Virus record (IMG/VR): IMGVR_UViG_3300037785_000110
Coordinates: 1 to 54,953 of that record
Direction: 5' to 3' (one strand)
DNA length: 54,953 bases
From: a virus
Lineage: Duplodnaviria; Caudoviricetes
Positions 17,101 to 25,636 of the stretch are shown here, piece by piece; the stretch's first letter is position 1; the number at the start of each line of letters is the position of its first letter. Below the pieces are notes generated by a model. That model was given only the letters and a program-made list of their open reading frames with translations, was not told where the DNA came from and searched no databases. The position numbers and the translations under genes were made by a program.

Positions 17101-17643
17101 ATGACCAGAGTGCAGATCAGCAAGCGGGCTCGCTTCGAGATATTCAAGCGCGACGGCTTCATTTGCCAGTACTGCGGGGCGACTCCGCCCGATGTAGTCC
17201 TGCACGTCGACCACATAATTCCGGTCGCCGAAGGCGGCCAGAATGAGCCGGACAACCTCACAACGTCTTGCGCGGACTGCAATCTGGGTAAGGGGTCTCG
17301 CACGCTCGACCAGGTGCCGCAGTCGCTTCAAGACCAGGCAGAAGAGGCAAAGGAACGACGCGCCCAGGTGGAGGCGTATGCCAAGCTGCTTCAAGAGGCC
17401 CGCGAATCCTTCGAGGAGTGGTGCTGGGAGATAGCCGAAATCCTGAAACATGGGGCCTCCAACGGCTACAGCCGGCCGCAGTTCCGCAGCATCAAGATGT
17501 TCGTCAACAGGATCGGCTTCGGCCGGGTCAGAGAAGCTGCCGTCATTGCCGCGGACAAGTACCCAGAGGGCACCCGGCGGTTCAAGTACTTCTGCGGTGT
17601 GTGCTGGCGCATGACGCGCGAGGTGGAGGGGCAGGATGACTGA
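17101..17643 (+). CDS. HNH endonuclease
   Basis: RFEIFKRDGFICQYCG...HVDHIIP...GG...NLTTSCADCNLGK. Confidence 0.92.
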   Translation: MTRVQISKRARFEIFKRDGFICQYCGATPPDVVLHVDHIIPVAEGGQNEPDNLTTSCADCNLGKGSRTLDQVPQSLQDQAEEAKERRAQVEAYAKLLQEARESFEEWCWEIAEILKHGASNGYSRPQFRSIKMFVNRIGFGRVREAAVIAADKYPEGTRRFKYFCGVCWRMTREVEGQDD

Positions 17644-18523
17644 CCCGGTAGGCATGGTCCGTATCTCGCGCGGCATCTGGACGGACACAGCGTTCAAGGA
17701 CGAGCCGTACTCTGAGCGTGAGGCGTTCATCTGGCTGATCATGGAGGCCAGCTTCTCGGAGCGAGAGAAGCGTCTTGGCAGCGTCTCTCTGACGCTTGAG
17801 CGAGGCCAGTTGGCCGCGTCTACGCGCTTCATGGCGGACGCTTGGAAGTGGTCCGAGGCAAGGGTGCGTCGATATTTGGAGCGCGTCGAAAATCGACGCA
17901 TGATCAGGCGCGTCACCGACGCAGGCGTAACTGTCATAACTGTATGTAAATACGACGAATATCAAAGCCCGATCCGCGTCACCGACGCACCAACGACGCA
18001 GGAAGCGACGCAGCAACGACGCACCGGCGACGCAAACTATAATAAATTAGGTTTAGGTGGTGGTGGTGGGTGCGCGCGCGCACGCGAAGCAAGTCCCATG
18101 CCATTTTCAGGGGAAGACCGGCAACGGCTGCTCTCGGCGATCGGGGCAGACGTCACGCCAGACGGACACCCGCTCGGACGCATGGCCGACATGCAGGAGT
18201 TCTGCCAGTGGCGGAACGACCTGGGCCTCGACCTCGACACGATTTGCGCCGTGATCGGCGAGGTCATGGCAGGCAAGCGCGACGGCCCGCCCCACAGCTT
18301 CGCCTACTTCACCAAGGCCATGCAGCGCGCTGCAGGGGCCGCCCAGCGACCAACCCTCACCCCCATCATCGGAGGACTATCCCATGAGCACGCCTACCCC
18401 CATTCCCAGCGCCCCGTCCGGGAAGACCCAAAGCGCCAAGCAATCCGTGGAATTGCTCAAGGCTTCCTTGACAACCTTACCATCCTCGGCAGCGGAGGCG
18501 GAAACGCTGACCAAGGCGATTGA
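17636..18523 (+). CDS. Replication initiator (lambda O-like)
   Basis: N-terminal winged helix (LERGQLAAS.RFMADAWKWS..RVRRYL), internal iterons, C-terminal DnaD-like SFAYFTKAM. Confidence 0.8.
   Translation: MTDPVGMVRISRGIWTDTAFKDEPYSEREAFIWLIMEASFSEREKRLGSVSLTLERGQLAASTRFMADAWKWSEARVRRYLERVENRRMIRRVTDAGVTVITVCKYDEYQSPIRVTDAPTTQEATQQRRTGDANYNKLGLGGGGGCARAREASPMPFSGEDRQRLLSAIGADVTPDGHPLGRMADMQEFCQWRNDLGLDLDTICAVIGEVMAGKRDGPPHSFAYFTKAMQRAAGAAQRPTLTPIIGGLSHEHAYPHSQRPVREDPKRQAIRGIAQGFLDNLTILGSGGGNADQGD
17983..18055 (+). repeat. Iterons and AT-rich tract (putative replication origin)
   Basis: CGACGCA at 17983, 17994, 18006, 18017 and 18028 (11-12 nt period), extra copies at 17894 and 17917, then AAACTATAATAAATTAGGTTTA. 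Confidence 0.8.
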
Positions 18524-18884
18524 AGCGGCCAGCGTCCCCGCTGCGCCCGATGCCATCGCGCAGGAGGTCGTCACCATCCTGGCCGCATACTACGTCGACA
18601 ACTCGCCCGAGGCTGTGCAGCGCCGCATGGCTGAAATCTGGCTGATCCACCTTGGCCATTACCCGATCTGGGCCATCAAGGGCGCTACCGAATGGTGGCT
18701 GGGCCCCCAGAACAGCAAGCGCCGCTCCCGCCCGATGCCGGGTGACATCGCAGACCGCTGCGAGGTGGAGATGCTGCCGGTCCGCACTGCCGAGCGAGGC
18801 GTCCGCTGGTGGCGCCAGTACGAGGGGAAGTACCCCGACTTCATCCTCCTCGGGTTAACCCTCAAGCGCACATCAGAGAGCTGA
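18384..18884 (+). CDS. Replication accessory protein (P-like / helicase-loader position)
   Basis: GGAGG RBS, follows the initiator, W...L..YP.WAI..A...W...P.PGDI motif. Confidence 0.6.
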   Translation: MSTPTPIPSAPSGKTQSAKQSVELLKASLTTLPSSAAEAETLTKAIEAASVPAAPDAIAQEVVTILAAYYVDNSPEAVQRRMAEIWLIHLGHYPIWAIKGATEWWLGPQNSKRRSRPMPGDIADRCEVEMLPVRTAERGVRWWRQYEGKYPDFILLGLTLKRTSES

Positions 18885-18917
18885 GAAGCAGTCCAGAGTT
18901 TAAACTAGGCGGGACAC

Positions 18918-19526
18918 ATGCAGGCACTGAGAATCGGCGACACCGTGCAGCCGGAAGACACGGACGCGACACCTCTGGCGGGGCGACAGCCGCCACAGTG
19001 GTTCATCACCTTGGCCACCCCGACGAAGGACGCCGGGCTGGCCGCCTACTTCGACCTGATCGGGGCGGTGGAGGCGTGGCGGCCGACTGTCACGAAGTGG
19101 AAGGCGGCGCGCGGGCCGCGCAAGCGGGTGCAGTACCAGGCGAGCGCGGCCCCGGGCTATGTCTTCGTCCTGGTCGATCGCGCGCCGCGCTGGCACATCA
19201 TCCGCCAGCAGGCGGGGCGGCTCATGCGGGGCGTGGTTGGTCGCCATGGTCTGCCCATGCCGATCCCCGAGGACGTGATCGCGTCCATGCAGCTGGTGCC
19301 TGGCCGGATCGAGCTCTTGCGCAAGGAAGCGCTGCTGCGCCGCGAGGCGGAGCGGCTCGCCCGCATGCCGCGCCCGGGCGGCAAGGCCAGGCTGGCCGAG
19401 GGACCCTTGGCCGGGTTCGTGGTCGAGGTCGAGAGCATCGACCGCGGCGTGCTGCACTTCATCTGCCGGGGCATCAAGGGCATCGCCCGCATCGAGGACA
19501 CGGAAAGGGTCGAAGATGGCACCTAA
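18918..19526 (+). CDS. NusG-like transcription antiterminator (NGN + KOW)
   Basis: WFITL, PGYVFV, KOW PGGKARLAEGPLAGFVVEVESID. Sits in the lambda Q position. Confidence 0.85.
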   Translation: MQALRIGDTVQPEDTDATPLAGRQPPQWFITLATPTKDAGLAAYFDLIGAVEAWRPTVTKWKAARGPRKRVQYQASAAPGYVFVLVDRAPRWHIIRQQAGRLMRGVVGRHGLPMPIPEDVIASMQLVPGRIELLRKEALLRREAERLARMPRPGGKARLAEGPLAGFVVEVESIDRGVLHFICRGIKGIARIEDTERVEDGT

Positions 19527-19728
19527 TCGCAGAATTTCGGTCTTCGTTGAGCATCCGGACATGGACAGCTTGGCAATCAGCATTGGCGAGGAACTTGACC
19601 GGGCCTACGACATCAAGAACCGCGAGGTTGCCGCGCTTCGGCGCCAAGTCGAGACGTTCACCCGACAGTTGTCGGTCTTGGAGCGTCGCCAACTGCTGGT
19701 GGCCTCCCGCCGCAAGGTGCGCCGATGA
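19516..19728 (+). CDS. Hypothetical protein
   Basis: Short coiled coil, overlaps neighbours. Confidence 0.55.
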   Translation: MAPNRRISVFVEHPDMDSLAISIGEELDRAYDIKNREVAALRRQVETFTRQLSVLERRQLLVASRRKVRR

Positions 19729-20018
19729 CGGTCTTCCGGCGGCGGGGCGTCCCGGACCCACTATCCCGACCGGGGGTGGTAAAATCGGGATTTTACACCC
19801 CCCCAGGTCCGACGTCGGTGCCGCGGCTGCGGTCCATCACCTTCTGGGGCGCGATGACCGCTGCAATACCCGACCCCTTGTGGATCAACGGCAACCTGTT
19901 CCTGCCTCGCGGCCAGATCATCGAGATCCGGAAGGGCCACCTCTGGCTGGGCAGGAGGTACGTCCGGTGCGATGTTGCCATGATGTGGGGAGATGTGCCG
20001 CCGGCGCAGTGGGCTTGA
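19725..20018 (+). CDS. Hypothetical protein
   Basis: ATGA coupling. Confidence 0.5.
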   Translation: MTVFRRRGVPDPLSRPGVVKSGFYTPPGPTSVPRLRSITFWGAMTAAIPDPLWINGNLFLPRGQIIEIRKGHLWLGRRYVRCDVAMMWGDVPPAQWA

Positions 20019-20204
20019 CTGAGCGATTCGGCACCTGCATGTTGTGGGGCAAGTCGAGAGTAAACACCATCACGGTGAACGTAGCGCCCAAGGCGCGAGA
20101 AATCGGCGGCGCGGGCGGGCAGATAGCCTGCTGATGCGACAGGGGCGAAGGCTCCGCACCGGGATCATTGCGAGGTGAGAAGCGGGTGGGAAACTGCCTC
20201 GACT

Positions 20205-20234
20205 GGGCGGCATCACGACGGTGCCGCCCATTTT
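20205..20234 (+). terminator. Putative intrinsic terminator ahead of the late genes
   Basis: GGGCGGCAT-cacgacg-GTGCCGCCC followed by ATTTT. Confidence 0.55.
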
Positions 20235-20248
20235 CACAAGGGGACGCC

Positions 20249-20509
20249 ATGCCCGACGCCATCGCCACCTGGGGCGCGCATCAGGTCGAGATCTTCTACC
20301 CGGCGTCGATCATGGGCCCGCGCCTCGACACCGAGATCAGTGCCATCGCCTTTGCTCACGGCGGCCGATGGCTGGGCAGCGGGACAGACCTTCTGGACCG
20401 GGACATCTGCTTCCGCTTCAAGAGCGAGTTCCTCGCCAAGACCTTTGCGCAGCGCATCTTCCAGTTGATGACCTGCCGCACCCGCTACGTCGAGATCCCG
20501 CCGCGCTGA
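20249..20509 (+). CDS. Hypothetical protein
   Basis: AAGGGG RBS, high GC3. Confidence 0.7.
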   Translation: MPDAIATWGAHQVEIFYPASIMGPRLDTEISAIAFAHGGRWLGSGTDLLDRDICFRFKSEFLAKTFAQRIFQLMTCRTRYVEIPPR

Positions 20510-20577
20510 CGCCCGGCCGCGATCCGCAACTCGCGCCCCTTGGCGCCAGTGAGAGGCACCCCGCGCAAGCCGGGTGA

Positions 20578-21162
20578 GTGACCATGCCAGCGAAGAAGAC
20601 CGAGCCTGCAAAGGCACCCCGAAAGGCCACGAAAGCCCCGCGCAAGCCCCGCGCCAAGCCCGCCGCCGCGCCGGAGCCCACCTGGACCGAGTACCAGGGG
20701 CGGGGGTTTTCGATCGACGTGGCCGAGCGCGTGCTTGCCGAGCTCGCAGCCGGGCGCACCCTCACAAGCGTCTGCCGCGACCCGGGCATGCCGTCAGCGC
20801 AGACCGTCTGCAAATGGGCTCTGAACGACATCAACGGCTTTGCCGAGCGCTACGAAGAAGCCCGCAAGATCGGCTACATGCTGATGGCCGACGAGATCGT
20901 TGACATCGCGGACGACGGCTCGAACGACTGGATGAAGCGCCACGGCGAGAAGAGCGAGGGCTGGATCGTCAACGGCGAGGCCATCCAGCGCTCAAAACTG
21001 CGGGCCGACACTCGCAAGTGGCTGCTGCCGAAGGTGCTGCCGGATATGTACGGCGACAAGTCCGAGCTGGTGATCACCGACAAGCGGACCGATTCCGAGC
21101 TGCTGGCCGAACTGGCTGAGCTCGAACAGAAGGTGAAGGGGCTGACCGCCACGGTCCACTGA
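20578..21162 (+). CDS. terS: Terminase small subunit (Sf6-like)
   Basis: GRTLTSVCRDPGMPS..TV.KW...DEIVDIADDGSND...IQRSKLRADTRKW...P..YGDK. Confidence 0.9.
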   Translation: MTMPAKKTEPAKAPRKATKAPRKPRAKPAAAPEPTWTEYQGRGFSIDVAERVLAELAAGRTLTSVCRDPGMPSAQTVCKWALNDINGFAERYEEARKIGYMLMADEIVDIADDGSNDWMKRHGEKSEGWIVNGEAIQRSKLRADTRKWLLPKVLPDMYGDKSELVITDKRTDSELLAELAELEQKVKGLTATVH

Positions 21163-21932
21163 TGGCCCGCCTGTCGCCCGATCAGCGTCAGGCAGTCGAG
21201 CGGAAGATCGCCCTGCTCAAGGCGATGGAGCGCCGCTACGCCCAGCGCCAGTTCTACCGGCTCTACCCCGACCAGGACGTGGAGCTGCCCGACGGGACCA
21301 CGACCTACGCCCGGTCGAAGTACCCCAAGCACATGGAGTTTTTCGAGGCAGGGGCCCGCTACCGCGAGCGCTGCGCCATGGCCGCCAACCGCGTGGGCAA
21401 GACCTTCGGCATGGGTGGCTTCGAGATCGCCGCGCACCTGACCGGCGAGTACCCCCCATGGTGGGTCGGCCGCAGGTTCGAGAAGCCGATCCGGGCCTGG
21501 GCCGCGGGCAAGACCAACGAGACGACGCGGGACATTGTCCAGACCACCCTGGTCGGAGACGTCCAGTCCGGCACCCGGAAGACGGTCACCGGCACCGGGA
21601 TCGTGCCGGGCGAGCGGCTGGGGCAGGTGGCCTGGAAGCAGGGGGTCCCGGACCTCCTCGACACCATCAAGGTCCGTCACGTCTCGGGCGGATGGAGCAC
21701 GCTGGGGTTCAAGTCCTACCAGCAGGGGCGCGGCAGCTTCGAGGGCACCGCGCAGCACGTCATCTGGCTCGACGAGGAGCCGCCCATCGACATCTACGGC
21801 GAGTGCCTGATCCGCACCGCGACCACAGGCGGGATCATCATGCTGACCTTCACCCCGCTTGAGGGGCTGAGCGAGACGGTGATGCAGTTCCTTCCCCAAG
21901 ACATGCGACCGGAAGTCGCCGACGAGGAGTGA
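21162..21932 (+). CDS. terL: Terminase large subunit, N-terminal ATPase part (P22-like)
   Basis: AANRVGKT Walker A, FKSYQQGR, IWLDEEPP Walker B, LTFTP coupling motif, then a stop. Confidence 0.92.
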   Translation: MARLSPDQRQAVERKIALLKAMERRYAQRQFYRLYPDQDVELPDGTTTYARSKYPKHMEFFEAGARYRERCAMAANRVGKTFGMGGFEIAAHLTGEYPPWWVGRRFEKPIRAWAAGKTNETTRDIVQTTLVGDVQSGTRKTVTGTGIVPGERLGQVAWKQGVPDLLDTIKVRHVSGGWSTLGFKSYQQGRGSFEGTAQHVIWLDEEPPIDIYGECLIRTATTGGIIMLTFTPLEGLSETVMQFLPQDMRPEVADEE

Positions 21933-21935
21933 CCC

Positions 21936-22289
21936 ATGGGCACCACAGCACTTGACCGCTCGCAGACCGGGGATGGCGCCGTCGTCGTGACCTGGGCGGG
22001 CTGCGCGGCCGGCGACACCGGCGCGGTCTACACCCCGCGGCGGCAGGAGGCCCTTGCGGCCAACGTCCAGTTCTCCGGCACCTTCGGCGGCACCATCGTC
22101 CTGCAGGGCTCGAACGACAACACGAACTGGGTGACGCTCACGGACCAGTCCGGTGTCGCCATTTCGACGTCGGCGGCGGCGGCCTTCGAGTTCTCCTGCA
22201 GCATGGCCTATATCCGCCCGCTGCCCGGTTCCGGCGTCAGCGACGTCGACGTCGCCATGTGCCTTCGCGGAGAGCGGCAGACCAACTGA
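21936..22289 (+). CDS. 117-aa beta-rich protein inserted between the terL halves
   Basis: GAGGAG RBS. VQFSGTFGGTIVLQGSNDNTNWVTL suggests a beta-sandwich, possibly a virion protein. Confidence 0.8.
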   Translation: MGTTALDRSQTGDGAVVVTWAGCAAGDTGAVYTPRRQEALAANVQFSGTFGGTIVLQGSNDNTNWVTLTDQSGVAISTSAAAAFEFSCSMAYIRPLPGSGVSDVDVAMCLRGERQTN

Positions 22290-23035
22290 TGGGAGAGGTG
22301 TCCCCGTCCCGCTACATGGTGCAGGCGGGCTGGGACGACGTCCCGCACCTGGACGAGAAGACCAAGCGCGAGCTCTACGAGTCGACCCCGCCCTACCTCA
22401 GGGAAGCCCGGTCGAAAGGTGTCCCGTCCCTCGGCGCCGGTGCCATCTACCCGATCCCCTGGGAAGAGGTGTCCTGCCAGCCCTTCCAGATCCCGCCGTT
22501 CTGGCGCCGCGCCTATGGCATGGACGTCGGATGGAACCGAACGGCCTCCATATGGCTGGCCCAGGACCCACTGGACTCGGTGATGTACGCCTACGCCGAG
22601 CACTACCGGGGCCAGGCGATCCCGCTGATCCATGCGGAGTCGATCAAGGCCCGGGGCGCTTGGATACCGGGTGCCATTGACCCGGCGTCGCGCGGTCGAA
22701 GCCAAGAGGACGGCAAGAAGCTGCTCGACACGTACCGCGGGCACGGCCTGAACCTGACCGAGGCCATCAACGCGGTCGAGGCCGGCATCTACGAGGTCTG
22801 GTCCCTGATCACGACCGGACGGCTCAAGTTCTTCACGACGCTGACCAGCACCGCAGCCGAGTACCGGCTCTACCGGCGCGACGAGAACGGCAAGATCGTG
22901 AAGAAGAACGACCACCTGATGGACGGTCTGCGCTACGGCATCAGCCGCTTCAACGAGATCGCCAAGGTCCGGCCGCCAGAGAACGCAGGCGGCACCAGCA
23001 CTGTCCAGATTGCCGACAACAAGGCAGGGTACTGA
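22289..23035 (+). CDS. terL: Terminase large subunit, C-terminal lid + RNase H-like nuclease part
   Basis: AGWDDVPHL, R..G.P..G.G.IY, GMDVGW, IDPA, KKNDHLMDGLRY. TGATG coupling at both ends. Confidence 0.9.
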   Translation: MGEVSPSRYMVQAGWDDVPHLDEKTKRELYESTPPYLREARSKGVPSLGAGAIYPIPWEEVSCQPFQIPPFWRRAYGMDVGWNRTASIWLAQDPLDSVMYAYAEHYRGQAIPLIHAESIKARGAWIPGAIDPASRGRSQEDGKKLLDTYRGHGLNLTEAINAVEAGIYEVWSLITTGRLKFFTTLTSTAAEYRLYRRDENGKIVKKNDHLMDGLRYGISRFNEIAKVRPPENAGGTSTVQIADNKAGY

Positions 23036-25338
23036 TGAACGCAGTCGCCAGCAACTTCGACGAGCCAGACCGCGCGCCCGCGTCGGACGAGACGCTCGCA
23101 GAACGTCTGACCGCGTTCGTGAGCCTGCTCGAGACCGAGGCCAAGCGGCGCGTCGACCGGCGCAACGTCGTCGAGCAGCGCTGGCTCGAGGACCTGCGCC
23201 AGTACCATGGCGTCTACCCGCCCGACGTGGCCAGGAAGCTGCAGGAGAACAAGACCTCGCAGGTCTTCCTGAACCTCACCCGGCCGAAGACCGACGCCAT
23301 GATGGCGCGGCTTTGGGACCTCCTCTTCCCGACGGATGACCGCAACTGGTCGATCGAACCCACCCCGGTCCCGGACATGGTCCGCGAGGCCGAGGCCGCC
23401 ATGAAGGAAGAGAAGGAGGCCGCCGCCGCGGCCGACCAGTCCAACGAGCAGGCCGCGCAGGCCGCCGAGGACGGGCAGCATGAGGCACGGGAAACGCTGA
23501 TTGCCCAGGCCGAGGAGCAGGAGGGCAAGGCGCGGGCCGCCCGCCAGGCCTACGAGGTCCTCTTCGCCATCCAGGAGGAAGCCAAGCGCCGGTCCGACCT
23601 GATGCAGGAGCAGATCGACGACCAGATGCGCACCTGCCGGTTCCAGGCCGAGGCCCGGGACATGATCGAGGACGGGTGCAAGATCGGGATGGGTGTCCTC
23701 AAGGCCCCCGTGACCGGCCATCGGCGCAAGCAGACATGGCGGCAGGTGACCGACGGCGACCGGACCTTCCATGTCCTCGAGCAAGATGCCGACGACATGC
23801 CGGCGGCGCACTGGGTCGACCCCTGGTCCTTCTTCCCCGACCCGGAAGCCCGCACGGTCGACGACTCGGACGGCTTCTACGAGCGCCACCTGATGACCAA
23901 GGCGCAGATGCGGAAGCTGGCCAAGCGCCCGGACATGGACAAGGACGCGATCCGCGAGATCCTCCGGTCCGACGCCCGCACATCGCTGCCGTCCTACATG
24001 ACGGAGCTGGTCGACCTGACCGGGCAGAACAATTCCGACCTGCGTGACCTCTACACCGTGTGGGAGTTCACCGGGCAGATCGACGCCGAGGCCCTCGAGG
24101 TCCTGCGCGACTCGGGTGTCGATGGGGCCGAGGAGGTGGCGCGGCAGTTCACCGCGAAGGACTCGGATGAAATCGACCCCTTGGCCGAGATCAACGCGCG
24201 CATCTGGTTCTGCGAGGGGCGCGTCCTGTCCTTCGCCCTCCACCAACTCGACTCGGGCGAGCCGATCTACAGCGTCTTCAACCTGTGCCGCGACGAGACC
24301 AGCCTCTTCGGCTATGGCATCCCCTACCTGATGCGGGACCCGCAGGCGTTCGTGAACAGCGCCATCCGCATGATGATGGACAACGGCGCACTGGCCACCG
24401 GGCCGCAGATCGTCGTCAACCGCAACCTGGTCGAGCCCGAGGACGGGCAGTGGAAGATGCGGCCGCGCAAGGTGTGGGTGTGGAAGAACGGCGCGCAGGC
24501 GGCGCCGAACGCCCAGCCGTTCCAGACCTTCAACATCGACATGCACCAGGCCGAGCTGGCCAACATCATCGAGATCGGCCGTGCGCTGATCGACGAGATG
24601 ACGTCCATGCCCCAGATCGCCCAGGGCGAGCAGGGCAGCGGCGTCACCAAGACCGCGCAGGGCATGGCCCTCCTGATGAACTCGGCCAACGTCGTGTTCC
24701 GGCGCGTGGTCCGCAACTTCGACGACGACGTCACCATTCCGACCATTCGCCGGTTCTACCACTGGAACATGCAGTTCTCGGAGCGTGACGAGATCAAGGG
24801 CGACTACGACGTGGTCGCGCGCGGTTCGAGCGTCCTGCTGGTCCGCGAGATGCAGGCGCAGAACCTGATGATGATTGCCCTGCAGCTTGGCGATCATCCG
24901 CGCTACGGCCGCCGGATCGACGAGGACAAGATCCTCGAGCAGTTGCTCAAGGCGCAGACCATCGGCAGCGTCGACATTCTCCGCAGCCCGGCTGACCAGC
25001 GGAAGTTCGATCAGGAGCAGGCCAAGAACGTGCCGCCCGAGCAGCAGGCCGCCATGGTCGCCGCCCAGGCGAAGATGCAGGAGCTGGAACTCCGCAAGGC
25101 CGAGATGGCCCAGGCGCGGGAACTGTCGCAGATGGAGTGGGACGCCCGCATGGCGATCGCCCAGATGCAGAACGACCTGGCGCTCGAGAAGATCGCGTCC
25201 GCCGTCGGCATGAAGCGCGAGGAGCTGCAGGCCAAGCTGGAAGACATGGCCCAGCGCCGCGACGCCGACGAGCGCCGCCTGGCCACCGAGGTTGGCATGG
25301 CCCGCCAGACCGGCAAGAGCGCCGGGGGCGCGGTGTGA
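23035..25338 (+). CDS. Portal protein
   Basis: 767 aa directly after TerL. VDPWSFFPDP, FGYGIP and TAQGMALLM motifs, coiled-coil C-terminal barrel. Confidence 0.85.
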   Translation: MNAVASNFDEPDRAPASDETLAERLTAFVSLLETEAKRRVDRRNVVEQRWLEDLRQYHGVYPPDVARKLQENKTSQVFLNLTRPKTDAMMARLWDLLFPTDDRNWSIEPTPVPDMVREAEAAMKEEKEAAAAADQSNEQAAQAAEDGQHEARETLIAQAEEQEGKARAARQAYEVLFAIQEEAKRRSDLMQEQIDDQMRTCRFQAEARDMIEDGCKIGMGVLKAPVTGHRRKQTWRQVTDGDRTFHVLEQDADDMPAAHWVDPWSFFPDPEARTVDDSDGFYERHLMTKAQMRKLAKRPDMDKDAIREILRSDARTSLPSYMTELVDLTGQNNSDLRDLYTVWEFTGQIDAEALEVLRDSGVDGAEEVARQFTAKDSDEIDPLAEINARIWFCEGRVLSFALHQLDSGEPIYSVFNLCRDETSLFGYGIPYLMRDPQAFVNSAIRMMMDNGALATGPQIVVNRNLVEPEDGQWKMRPRKVWVWKNGAQAAPNAQPFQTFNIDMHQAELANIIEIGRALIDEMTSMPQIAQGEQGSGVTKTAQGMALLMNSANVVFRRVVRNFDDDVTIPTIRRFYHWNMQFSERDEIKGDYDVVARGSSVLLVREMQAQNLMMIALQLGDHPRYGRRIDEDKILEQLLKAQTIGSVDILRSPADQRKFDQEQAKNVPPEQQAAMVAAQAKMQELELRKAEMAQARELSQMEWDARMAIAQMQNDLALEKIASAVGMKREELQAKLEDMAQRRDADERRLATEVGMARQTGKSAGGAV

Positions 25339-25568
25339 GCACCCTCCGCGGCAAGATCAAGCCCGACACCTTCGAGTGGGGCCTAGTCCGCAAGTACATC
25401 AACGCGCGCATCGAACTGCTGCGCAGCCAGCTCGAAGCAGACATCGGCCCGACGGAGACCGCCCGCCTGCGCGGGGCCGTCGCGGAACTTCGCCAGATGA
25501 TCGCCGAGGTCGAGCCCAGTGCTCCCTTGGACCCCGCCATGCACGAGGACGAGCCGCCGCTCTACTGA
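25335..25568 (+). CDS. Small protein between portal and scaffold
   Basis: GTGA coupling, W..V......RI..LR..LE.......A.LRG motif. Confidence 0.7.
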   Translation: MSTLRGKIKPDTFEWGLVRKYINARIELLRSQLEADIGPTETARLRGAVAELRQMIAEVEPSAPLDPAMHEDEPPLY

Positions 25569-25636
25569 GCCGCCGCAGCCTCGGCATTCAACCGGCCGCC
25601 CACCCGGGCCGCCATCAACAACCCAAGGTGTGAGAG

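Noticed and set aside
17983-18034. CRISPR-like repeat array
   Set aside because: The repeats are 7 nt with 4-5 nt spacers inside a CDS, which fits iterons. No cas genes are present.
21933-22288. Intron or intein interrupting terL
   Set aside because: The gap is filled almost entirely by an ORF with its own SD. It has no homing-endonuclease or intein motifs and no room for ribozyme structure.
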